Source: an uncultured Chthonomonadaceae bacterium (GTDB lineage Bacteria; Armatimonadota; Chthonomonadetes; Chthonomonadales; Chthonomonadaceae). Taken from it: a stretch of 64,000 bases of DNA. A model generated the notes under the pieces. That model made no database searches. It worked only from the letters and a program-made list of their open reading frames with translations, and was not told where the DNA came from. Each line of letters opens with the position of its first letter. Position 1 is the first letter of the stretch. The position numbers were made by a program, and so were the translations under genes. Location of the stretch: positions 32,001 to 96,000 of the forward strand of contig CAWIEK010000039.1 in NCBI GenBank assembly GCA_963835065.1. The letters run 5' to 3'. This document shows positions 35,402 through 45,084 of this stretch, one piece after another.

Positions 35402-38146
35402 CTATTTCGCTTTGACTTCGTAAATAGCCCAGCCATGCGCGGGTAGGGTGATTTTTCCGAGTGCGATGGTTCCGCCCCGCATGGTATAGGGAACGGGCTT
35501 GCCATCCGCCGTGTTGACGATTTGCAGGCCGGGTTTGACGCGAACAAACCAGTCGGCAGGGTCGAAGGCAGGCATGACCGTCGCTTCGGCAGCGTCCATG
35601 TTCCACAGGCATACGTAACCATAGCGGCCATGCAGCGCATTGCGCAGATGCAGTAGGCCGCGTACCTTGCTTGAAGCCGCGCCTTGTGCCTGTGTTTTCA
35701 CCCCTGAAGGTTCCACGTCAAGCGGCTGCGTGAACGCCAGCCATTCGCGGTTCTGCCGACTCCAATCCAGCCACTTATGCGCCGCGTCGCGCTCTTCGGC
35801 TGTCATCTGCTCCAAATTGCCCTGCACCTCGTAATTGGCGTACCGTCCCGCCACGCTCGACCACAGATAATCCAGTTGATCCCGCGTCATTGCCGTTTGC
35901 GCTGGCACATAATCGAGTTGTTCGCCCCCCTTTTGAGCAGTCGGCATCGGCACATGGCACAACGCCTGTCCACACAGCGTAAAAGAAGGCTGCTGAAACA
36001 GCGCGTCGTCCGCTTCCGCTTCCCGGCTTTTGGGCTGTAATCCGTTTACCAGAGCGTTCCAGTAAGCAGAATTCAGTTTTTGGTTCGTAATGGTGTTGGG
36101 AACGGTGTAGGGATCAAGCCACTCCTTTCCCAACCATGCCTCATGGATTGCAGGCGCGGAAAACGAAGCGGGCTGCCCAATGCCTGCCCCGCTCAACACG
36201 ATAAAGGATTTGTCTACGCCATGCAGCGTGTCGTTGAACGCGGCCCACGCTTCCTGCTGCGCGCGCAGGCTGTGCCCGGTAGGATGTTCGTGTTCCGTCG
36301 CCATGCAGTCTGCGGTTGGGTGAAAACTGACTTTCAGATACGTGACGGCCTGTTCGCGGCACAGCGACAGGAATGATTGCGCATCCTGCCGCGCCCAATT
36401 TCCTGTAAAACATAAAGGCGGCTGCTCTTCGGCCTCATCGGGCAGGGGCTTGTACAGCCATTCCGGGTGCAGCAGCGCGGCCTGCGAACCGGGACTGGCC
36501 GCCGTTACATCCGTCCACAATCCGAACCGCATTTTGTTGAGGCGCACAAGCGTGGAGATGGGCAATAAGCCCTGCGGGAACTTGATCTTATCGGTCAGCC
36601 AGTCGCCGTAGCGCCCGGTTTCCACGGCGCGGTTGGTCTGCCAGCCGTCATCCAAGACAAACGCCTGCAAGCCCAATGCGGCGGCGATGGGAATGATGGT
36701 TTCACACGTTGCGGCGTTTATCTGATCTTGATACGCGAAGCGCGTGTTGTAAGCGAAGGGAATGGAGTCGGGCGTTCCCCGCGCCACATACTGGCCCAGA
36801 TAGAGTTGATACAGAAACGCGGGAACGCCTGCATTGCCGTGCCAAAAGGCTGTCAAGGATTTGGCGGTGCGCAGCGGTGTTTCCGCCTTCAAAGCGGCGT
36901 ACAGATTGATAGTAGGCGCAGCGTTGTGATTGTCGGAACGAACTTCACTGCCCGCGTCCAATCCGGCGGTCAGCAGCACATCTTCCGAAGCCGCCCCCGC
37001 CGTGTCCGTAAACGTGCCGACGAAATTGCCTGTAGAAGACGCTTTGCTCCAACCCTCCGGCAGCAGCCACCGATCCAGCGTCACGGTTTCCAGCAGAAAA
37101 CTGGATTTGCGGTGATGCACAAATGAAAACCACTTGGCAATCGTCGGCTCTTCCCCCGCGTGAATCTGGTAGCACACATCCAGTTCAAAGCCTTCGTACT
37201 GCTTCAAACCCGACAGGCTGATGGTTAAAATCTGGCTGTTATCCTCGCCCGTATTGATGGTGTGCTGCATCAGTTGCCAGTTGCCGGTCAAATTCAGGTT
37301 GGGGGGAGAAGTTCCCACTTCCACGATGTAGGCGGGCGAGGGAGACGCATTGCTATTCAACTTCATGGCAATGTGCCGCGCGCCGAGAGGAAGATCAATC
37401 TGTTCCGGGTGTCCGGTGACGCGCTGTACGCCTGTCTCGTCTGCCGTCGGACTTCCATCCGCGTAAACCTCATCCCCCGGCACAATTCCATGCGGCAGGT
37501 ACAGCGCATAGGCATGTCCGGCTTTCAAGCGTCCGGCAGGAATCGTTGCCCGATACCAATGCGGCGCGTGGCCGCTTTGCCCGTCCGCCGTTCCTACAGG
37601 GGGTGATTGGCGAAAATCTTTCCACTTGCTGTCATCGTAATTCGGCTGCATCCACGCGCTGCCGGGAGCGGCATCAGCAACTTTCCAGCCCGCAAGCGGC
37701 TGTGGCGTTTCCAGCAGGGGCGACGCAAAACTGATTTCGCCCTCCCCACCCGGCGCTTGCCTGAGAACATGATGCGTTTTCAGGTCGCGCAGCGCAACCG
37801 TTTCCAAGCCGCCCGTCTTCGCATCGTAACGCACAACGCGCTCCACGCCCTGATTGCGCAGCGTCCACGTCGTTTTGCCCTTATCAAAGGTGATAGTTGG
37901 GCGCTTGGTCGTATCGAAAAAGTCGGCGCGATAAGTCGCCCGCGCCTGCCCCGCCATTAACAGAATTAACAGGAACACACTTGCCAATCTACAGGTCAGA
38001 GTATACAGTGTAAATACCAGCGCTCGAAGCCAACGAAATGAATTTCGTTGCTGTAGGGCCTGCGGCCAAGTGTCCGCCTGCGCGGACACGAACAGTTTTC
38101 CAGAGATGCCTTGTTTCAGTTGTGCTGACGCAGGATGTTTCTTCAC
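35402..38146 (-). CDS. GH36/melibiase-like protein with N-terminal beta-sandwich domains
   Basis: FVLDDGWQ, GDW..DKIKFPQGL, MRFGLW, HPEW; nucleophile motif reads YLKVS. Confidence 0.8.
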   Translation of the reverse strand: MKKHPASAQLKQGISGKLFVSAQADTWPQALQQRNSFRWLRALVFTLYTLTCRLASVFLLILLMAGQARATYRADFFDTTKRPTITFDKGKTTWTLRNQGVERVVRYDAKTGGLETVALRDLKTHHVLRQAPGGEGEISFASPLLETPQPLAGWKVADAAPGSAWMQPNYDDSKWKDFRQSPPVGTADGQSGHAPHWYRATIPAGRLKAGHAYALYLPHGIVPGDEVYADGSPTADETGVQRVTGHPEQIDLPLGARHIAMKLNSNASPSPAYIVEVGTSPPNLNLTGNWQLMQHTINTGEDNSQILTISLSGLKQYEGFELDVCYQIHAGEEPTIAKWFSFVHHRKSSFLLETVTLDRWLLPEGWSKASSTGNFVGTFTDTAGAASEDVLLTAGLDAGSEVRSDNHNAAPTINLYAALKAETPLRTAKSLTAFWHGNAGVPAFLYQLYLGQYVARGTPDSIPFAYNTRFAYQDQINAATCETIIPIAAALGLQAFVLDDGWQTNRAVETGRYGDWLTDKIKFPQGLLPISTLVRLNKMRFGLWTDVTAASPGSQAALLHPEWLYKPLPDEAEEQPPLCFTGNWARQDAQSFLSLCREQAVTYLKVSFHPTADCMATEHEHPTGHSLRAQQEAWAAFNDTLHGVDKSFIVLSGAGIGQPASFSAPAIHEAWLGKEWLDPYTVPNTITNQKLNSAYWNALVNGLQPKSREAEADDALFQQPSFTLCGQALCHVPMPTAQKGGEQLDYVPAQTAMTRDQLDYLWSSVAGRYANYEVQGNLEQMTAEERDAAHKWLDWSRQNREWLAFTQPLDVEPSGVKTQAQGAASSKVRGLLHLRNALHGRYGYVCLWNMDAAEATVMPAFDPADWFVRVKPGLQIVNTADGKPVPYTMRGGTIALGKITLPAHGWAIYEVKAK

Positions 38147-41100
38147 TTTGCTGCCTTACGTAGTTCGTTCAATGTTTGCTGCAATGCCTTCATCTGCTCG
38201 GCGTAGCCGCCCAAGTCTTCCTGCTTGAGTTTCTGCCGCGCCGTATCGTACTGCTGCCCCGCCCGATCAATTAAAGTCCGCACTTCGATGGGGAGGGTGT
38301 TGGGTGTTGGGGGAATTGCCGATTGGCGATTGCCGATTGCCGATTGGGCTACTCCTGTTTCCTGTTCCCTGTTCCCTGTTCCCTGAAATAGCGTTGCTAG
38401 AGCCTTATCTAGCGTGTCATCCATGGCTACGCTGTTGCCGAACGCGACGATGACCTTTTGCAGTTTGGGCAGTTTGTTAGCGGACGCGCTGGACTCGACG
38501 TACAAGGGCGCGATGTACAGCAGCGATTGCTCGATGGGAATGACGAGCATGTTGCCAATGGACGCGGTAGAGCCGCCCTGCCGCAGCAAGGCCAGTTGCG
38601 GCGAAATCACCTTGTCGCTGTTGATGCGCTGCACGATCTGCGACGGTCCTTCCACCGACACCTGCTGCGGAAACCGATACAGCACCAGTTGCCCGTAATT
38701 GTCGCCGTCACACCGCGCGCACATCCACCCCAATATGTTTTGATCCTCTTTTTTAATCGGCGCAAGCGGCGACATAAGGACGAACTCAGAGGTTGAGGGT
38801 TGGGTGTTGGGTGTTGGGGAAATTGCCGGTTGCCGATTGCCGACTGCTGATTGGTCTTCTTCTGTTCCCTGACCCCTGACCCCTGACCCCTGACCCCTGA
38901 TGTCGGGCAGGCGCATAATCACGTAATACGGTTCCATTTGCGCGAGGGCGCTGGTGGGAGCGTTGGCGGATGTGGGTTCGGAGGGGTTGGGTTCGGTGGG
39001 CACGGCCCAGACGTCTTCGTTGGAGTAGAAGACGTGCGGGTCTTCGACGTGGTAGGTGGCGTAGACGGAACGCTGGATGCGGAACAGGTCTTCCGGGTAG
39101 CGCAGGTGGGCGCGCAGGCCGGTGGGCATGTCGGCAAGCGGCTTGAGCAGGCCGGGATAAATGTGCCCGTAGGTTTCGGCAATCGGGTCGTTCGGGTCGC
39201 TGACATACAGATTGATCGCGCCGTCATAGGCGTCAATCGTCGCTTTCACGCTGTTGCGGATATAGTTGGGCGCGATGAACTGCGTACCCGTCACCAACAT
39301 CTGCTGCGGCAGTGGAATAGGGGTAGCGATCCGACATGGTGTAGCAGTCTATCACCCACACCAATTTGCCGTTATCGGGATTAAGAACCAGATACGGGTC
39401 GCCGTCCTGCTGCACGAACGGTGCAACCGTTTGCAGCCGATCCCGAATGTCGCGCCGGTACAAAATGCGGGTGCGCGGCGTCAGGTTGCTCGCCAGCATC
39501 AGGTTCCAATCGCCCAACTTCGCCGCAAACGCCAATCGCCGCAGGTACGAACCGCCGATTTCAATGCCGCCCTTGCCTTTGTAGGTAGCGTAGTGATCCT
39601 GGGTGACTGGTGGCTGGTGACTGGTGGCTGATTGGTCTGTTCCCTGTTCCCTATTCCCTGTTCCCTGACTCGACGGATAATCAAACTCCGGCTGCTGCGT
39701 GTCTACGTAGACTTGCTGGTAAGCGATCTGGCCGTAGTAGATTTCGGGTTGGGTAACGGTCAGGTTGGCGGCTTCCGCGCTGGCTTTGGGCGGGAAGCCA
39801 TCAATGAAGTAATCCGGGTCGCCTTGCAGGGTTTTGTTGACGGGTGACATGACCAGTCCGTAGCCGTGCGTGTACGCGAGTTTCTGGTTTTGCCATGTTT
39901 GCGCGGAATCGGGAAGCGCGCTGCTGTCGAGTTCGCGAGCGGCAAGCATCACCTGCCGGGTTCGCCCGTTGATAACGTAGCGGTCAATGTCAATGTTGGG
40001 GGCGTGGCTGCCTCCGACTGTCACTGTCTCAAACTTGTAATACTGCTTGATCGTCTGGATTTGGCTGTACACCTTGCCCAAGATAGGGATGATCCCACAG
40101 CCGCACGTTGTCAAGCGTGTCGCGGTTCGCCTGTATTTGCGCCCCCGTCAAACTCTGGTCGGCGGGGAAATTGTCCACGCGCTGCACGTTGGCAAGCCCG
40201 AAGCCCTGCCGCGTATAACGGATGTTGCGGGCGATATATTCCTTTTCGCGGTCAAACTGGTTGGGAACGACAAACGTTTTCTGCACCACGCTCGGCCAAA
40301 TGCCGCCCAAAACAACAAGGCTGAACGCCCACGCGCCCGCGCCGATAAGGATGGCCTTGAAACTGCGCCCGCGAATGGAAAGCAGGCAGGCAATGCCGAC
40401 AAAAACAAGCGCCGCAATCTGCGCATTGAGGGCAAACAAGCGCTGATGCACGTCCACATAGCCCGCGCCGACATAAATGCCGTTGTCATTGAGCAGCAGG
40501 TCGTAAGCGTTTAAGCGCGTACCGAACGCCTGCGCGAACGCGATACAGGCCAGCAAAATCAGCAGTTGAGCGCGAACACCGGGGCGCAGGTCGGGAAGGC
40601 CGGCAAACGTTTCCACCGCGCGATCCGCAACGTGAATCGCCACCACCGCAATCGAAGTCAGCAGCAGAACGCCCATCAGAAAAGAGTACACGGACGCCAG
40701 AAACGGCAGGCGAAACACATAAAAGCCGATGTCATTGCCGAAAACCGGGTCGCTTATCTTAAAGGGTACGCCATGCGTAAATTCCAGCCAGCGCGGCCAA
40801 TTTTCCGCCATGATGCGTCCTACCCACAGGCTGATAAACGCCGTCACGCTGAACAAAACCACGCCCAACGACTTTTGTATCGTCCGGCCCCACTCCGGCC
40901 CGAAGCGCTCCATCAACATCCGGTCGGCATATTCGGGCGCAAGGCGTCGCGCCGCCACAATGTTGCCGTAAACAACCGCAAAAAACAGCCCGCCGAACAC
41001 AACGAACAGCAGGGTTTTCGCCCAAACCGTCGTGGTGAACACATTGGTATAGCCCACTTCCTGAAACCACAGCCAATCCGTATACAGCGGCAGGGCGTTG

Positions 41101-41267
41101 TGGTACAGCAGGAAGAGACAGAATAGCAGGCCAAACGCAAGCCAGCGTTTGGGGAAAGGTCGGTGTTCGGTGTTCAGGTGTTCAGGTGTTCGGGCGGAGG
41201 GGGGCGGGGTTTTGGTACTGTTCCCTGTTCCCTGTTCCCTGTTCCCTTGTTCGGGTCGAGACTTCAT
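38143..41267 (-). CDS. UPF0182 (COG1615) membrane protein (~1040 aa; two +1 shifts; four repeat-derived inserts)
   Basis: YTDWLWF, DPVFGNDIGFYVFRLP, NVRLWD, YTHGYG, DGDPY, NYIRNSVKATIDAYDG, YPEDLF, EPYY, GNMLVIP. Confidence 0.92.
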
Positions 41268-41318
41268 AAAGCTCCTTCGCTGTGCAAGGGCGCGAAATAC
41301 AGCATTGCGCCCGCCGTC

Positions 41319-41347
41319 AGTATACTATACGCCGCAGGAAGCGTCAA
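41319..41347 (-). promoter_or_regulatory. sigma70-type promoter for the UPF0182/GH36 unit
   Basis: TTGACG-17 bp-TATACT on the minus strand, ~50 bp upstream of the ATG. Confidence 0.7.
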
Positions 41348-41442
41348 CCGCTCGTATTTTCGTCATGTTCGCCACAAAGCAGTTAGGTTCACACTTACGC
41401 GGAAAGCGGTCAAAGAAAAATCAAGAGTTTTTTCTTTCCCTC

Positions 41443-41502
41443 TTGACATTCTGAACAACTTGCAGTATCATAAGCACTGTAACTGTAATTACAGTTACAG
41501 TG
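41443..41502 (+). promoter_or_regulatory. sigma70 promoter plus perfect 28-bp palindromic operator candidate
   Basis: TTGACA-17 bp-TATCAT (41443-41471); CACTGTAACTGTAATTACAGTTACAGTG (41475-41502). Confidence 0.8.
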
Positions 41503-41522
41503 ACATACCGAATGAGGAATCA

Positions 41523-42056
41523 TTGGACAAATCAACCTTTACCATCGAAGAACTTGCTCAGGAGATTAAAGACACTGCTGGCGAAGACGTGTCGGTACGA
41601 ACCATCCGCTTTTACATCACTGAAGGCATCCTGCGGCGGCCTGACGAGCGTGGAAAATTTTCTGTGGCGCATCTGGATCGTCTAAAATTGATTTTGCAGC
41701 TGAAGAAAGCCTTCACGCCGCTCCCGGAGATCAAACAGCAGCTTGCCTTGCTCAGTGATGGAGACGTTGCCGCGCAGTTAGGGCGTTTCGATGAACAAAG
41801 CCGGTTGCCTTCGCCTAACATTGCGGCGGAATACACGCAGCGTCTTCTGGCGAAAAGGAAGTCTGCTGCCGTTGATACACAGGCAGCGCTTCCCGCGCAG
41901 GTTCCTCCACAACCGGCGCAGGGAGAAAGCTGGCAACACATCACGCTTGCGCCGGGCATAGAACTCCATGCCCGTCAGCCGCTTTCAACCGAAGCGCAGG
42001 ATTATCTCAACGCGCTGCTTGCTTACGCGCAGACATTGCGCAAACCCCGCAGCTAA
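41523..42056 (+). CDS. MerR-like HTH transcriptional regulator
   Basis: FTIEELA..VSVRTIRFYITEGILRRP..HLDRLKLI; TTG start after GAGGA; C-terminal WQHITLAPGIELH. Confidence 0.85.
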   Translation: MDKSTFTIEELAQEIKDTAGEDVSVRTIRFYITEGILRRPDERGKFSVAHLDRLKLILQLKKAFTPLPEIKQQLALLSDGDVAAQLGRFDEQSRLPSPNIAAEYTQRLLAKRKSAAVDTQAALPAQVPPQPAQGESWQHITLAPGIELHARQPLSTEAQDYLNALLAYAQTLRKPRS

Positions 42057-42116
42057 CCCGGCATGGTTTCTGCTTCCAATGTCAGGAACATGCCAAAACC
42101 GGAAAGGACGACTGCT

Positions 42117-43350
42117 ATGAATACCGATGCCGTTCGCTTGGAAGTGGGTCAGGATTGTTCTGTTCTCAGCGCTGAGACTGTCACCAAGCGGCTGATTGAA
42201 GCCACCGTGACCGCGCCCGATGCTGTTCGCGCCGCGGTTCGGTTGCCCCTGAATCTGGCGCTGATTATTGATCGCAGTGGCTCTATGTCCGGTCAAAAAC
42301 TGGAGTTTGTCAAACAAGCCGCTTGCCATGTTCTGGACTGCCTGACGGAGCGCGATCAAGTCGCCATTGTCACATTCGATAACGAAGTTGAGGTTGTATC
42401 CGCAACCACGCCCATCACCCCACAGCAACGGAACCTTTTGAAAGCGCGTATTTGCGCTTTGCATACGGGCGGCAGTACAAACCTGTTCGACGGCTGGCTG
42501 CATGGCGTCCATGAAGTCGCCACGCATCTGATACCTACCGGCATCAATCGCGCCTTACTCCTGACGGATGGCTGCGCCAATCAGGGCGAAACGCGCCGGG
42601 AAGTTCTGGAACACCATGCGCGCGAAATGCGGCTGCGCGGCGTGTCTACGTCCACATTCGGCGTTTCGCCTGATTACAATGAATTCCTTCTGGAAGGCAT
42701 CGCCACCAATGGCGGCGGTAACTATCACTTTATTGAGCATCCCAACGACATTCCGCGCCTGTTTCAACAGGAGTTGGGCGAACTGCAAGCCATTACCGCG
42801 CGTCAGGCAACCCTGAAGTTTACTTTTCCTGCGGGAACCGCGCTCAATCTGCTTGGAGACCTGCCCCATGAAACGCTTGGCCGCGCAGTAACGGTTTCTC
42901 TGGGCGACTTGTTTGCGGGCAGCAAGCGCATCCTGTATGCGGAAGTTCTCACGCCGACGGGCAAGGCCGGAACTCTGACATTTCCCATCGAACTGTCTTA
43001 TCTGGACCAAAGCCAAACGGTCCGAACGGAAACGGCAGCCGTCACGTTTACCTACGACTTCAGAAAGCGCCGCAAAAGCCGCGCCCCGCGACTGGCTCCT
43101 GCGCCGACGAACGGCGGAACTGCGCGTCGCAACCGCAGAAGCCCGCGCCTTACGCATGGCCGAGGAAGGCAAGTATCAGGAAGCCGCCGAATCGCTGCTC
43201 AAGGTAGTCAATCACTACGCCAAACTGCTGGAACCGGGGCGCGTTACAGAACTGCAAGCGCTGGCGCAGACCATCCGCAATCAGCAACTCAGCAACATGG
43301 AACGCAAAAGCCGCCACGACATCGCTTATAAGAAGCGCTATACTCGTTAG
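42117..43350 (+). CDS. VWA-domain protein (~410 aa; one +1 shift near 43060)
   Basis: PLNLALIIDRSGSM (MIDAS), GGSTNL, LLTDGCAN. Confidence 0.88.
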
Positions 43351-43488
43351 CCACAAGAAAAGCAGCGGCTGGCCGCGAGAGGATGCCAGAGAACACTCAT
43401 TTTCTTGAGCGTTCCGGTCGCAGACCGGCTGGCCGCAGTCCCATCAGACGGGTCGTTCACGACTCGGCTCTCTCAGGAGGAAACCAAA

Positions 43489-43774
43489 ATGACTTACGCA
43501 GAACGCATTGCCCGATGCCGTTGCCTTGATAACGGCATCGTTCAGGACAGAAATCATCTTCTACCCAGCAATGATGTGCGAATGCAGGCCGGAGATTACG
43601 AGTCGGGAAGAGTGGCTGGCAAGTGGGAGCCCAATCTTTCAAGGCATGCGCTGTGACCATCCCGGCGGTGCGCCCAGTGTCAACATCAAGTACCAGAAGA
43701 TGTTTCAACGGGTGGCACACGGGAAATACATGCTGACCGAGGATGGGAAAGCGCTGATAGCAGCACTCGTATAG
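43489..43774 (+). CDS. Small hypothetical protein (frameshifted near 43512)
   Basis: AGGAGG RBS, MTYAERIA joined to the 43508-43774 frame. Confidence 0.55.
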
Positions 43775-43828
43775 GGTGAGGCAAGGCGTCAACGCCAAAC
43801 AATATAATGCGCCGCTCATTACGGCGCA

Positions 43829-44635
43829 TTACGGCTTTGGCGTAGTCTTGCCTTGCTGCGCAGTCAGCCTGTAGGTGAATCCGCCGCCGCCCCGACTCTG
43901 CTCGTCCATAATTTCGAGATAGTAGGTTCCTGACGCAGGAGCCGTGAAAACGATCTGCCGATCTGCTTTGGGACTTCCCACCGCAAGCGATAGCGAGATA
44001 TGCCTGCTGTCCCGAATACGGACGACGGGATCAAGCTGGGAATCGCCCCGGCCCGCGAACACGCGAAACTTCCACACTTCGCCCGCTTTGGCCTCGAATT
44101 TGAACGTGGAAGGCGTATCGTTTTCCACATTCCCGGTTACGGCGACAGAGGAGTCCGGCGTCAGCGTCAGCGGCATGGCCTGCGCAAACGTGCCGCTCGG
44201 CTTCTTTTCTTTTACTTCCACGCCTGCGCTGTCCACAATCGGAATCTGCGCTGTTACCTTCCCGCCATCCGGCTGCACAAACGTCAGTTCCACATTTGCG
44301 AGTGGGCAGGTTGGCAGCGTCGTCACTTCCACGTCCACTTTTTGACTGCCCTTTTTCTTCTCGTCGCCTTCTGTTGCCTTTGCCGCGCCCAATTTTACCG
44401 CAACCCCCGGCTTGTTCGCTTTTACTTCTTTGGGCGTCAAATTCTCGCCATAAAATGTAAGCGTGACAGGCTTGCCGGCCACCACGTAGGGCAGGGAACG
44501 GGATTTTATCTCCGCCTTCCCCTCCGCCCGCGCAACCACGCCGCACCACAGGAGGCAGAGGAGAAGTGAACCACGGAGAACACGGAGGACACGGAGAGAA
44601 AATGAAGAGAAAAAGAGGGGGTTATATGGAGACAC
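43829..44635 (-). CDS. Secreted PPC (pre-peptidase C-terminal) domain protein
   Basis: LDPVVRIRD, FTAPASGTYYLEI, YRL; signal peptide partly encoded by the repeat arm. Confidence 0.8.
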   Translation of the reverse strand: MSPYNPLFFSSFSLRVLRVLRGSLLLCLLWCGVVARAEGKAEIKSRSLPYVVAGKPVTLTFYGENLTPKEVKANKPGVAVKLGAAKATEGDEKKKGSQKVDVEVTTLPTCPLANVELTFVQPDGGKVTAQIPIVDSAGVEVKEKKPSGTFAQAMPLTLTPDSSVAVTGNVENDTPSTFKFEAKAGEVWKFRVFAGRGDSQLDPVVRIRDSRHISLSLAVGSPKADRQIVFTAPASGTYYLEIMDEQSRGGGGFTYRLTAQQGKTTPKP

Positions 44636-45084
44636 GTTTGATACCTTCCTTTAAGAGAGTGCGATTGAAGTTGAGGAGGTAGCCGCGTTTGAATTTCAAC
44701 AACTTCAGGTAGGTCATAATCTGCGCTTGGTGGATAGTGTTGAGTTCGTCAACGGCTTTCAGTTCCAGCAACAGGCAATTTTCTACGATGATGTCGGCGC
44801 GGAAACCCGTGCCGAGGCATTGTTCACGATAGTAGACGGGTACTTCCACTTCCTTTTGCGCCGAAATGCCCGCTTCTGCCAACTCTACCATCATGGCAAG
44901 TTCGTATACCGACTCCAACAGTCCCGGCCCAAGCTGCTTATGCACGGCAAAAGCGGCATCCAAAACTCGTTGTATCAGTTCCTCATCACAATCTACCAAC
45001 TCGTTTCTTTTCTCCATGTATTTCTCTCCTTGTTCTCCTTATTTCCCCTCATCTTTCTCCGTGTCCTCCGTGTTCTCCGTGGTT
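44569..45084 (-). mobile_element. GxxExxY cassette bounded by perfect 29-bp inverted tandem-repeat arms
   Basis: AACCACGGAGAACACGGAGGACACGGAGA (44569-44597) / exact reverse complement (45056-45084); mobility is inferred. Confidence 0.65.
44622..45017 (-). CDS. GxxExxY protein (PD-(D/E)XK nuclease-like)
   Basis: LGPGLLESVY, RADIIVE, LELKAV, AQIMTYLK, GYLLNF. Confidence 0.95.
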   Translation of the reverse strand: MEKRNELVDCDEELIQRVLDAAFAVHKQLGPGLLESVYELAMMVELAEAGISAQKEVEVPVYYREQCLGTGFRADIIVENCLLLELKAVDELNTIHQAQIMTYLKLLKFKRGYLLNFNRTLLKEGIKRVSI

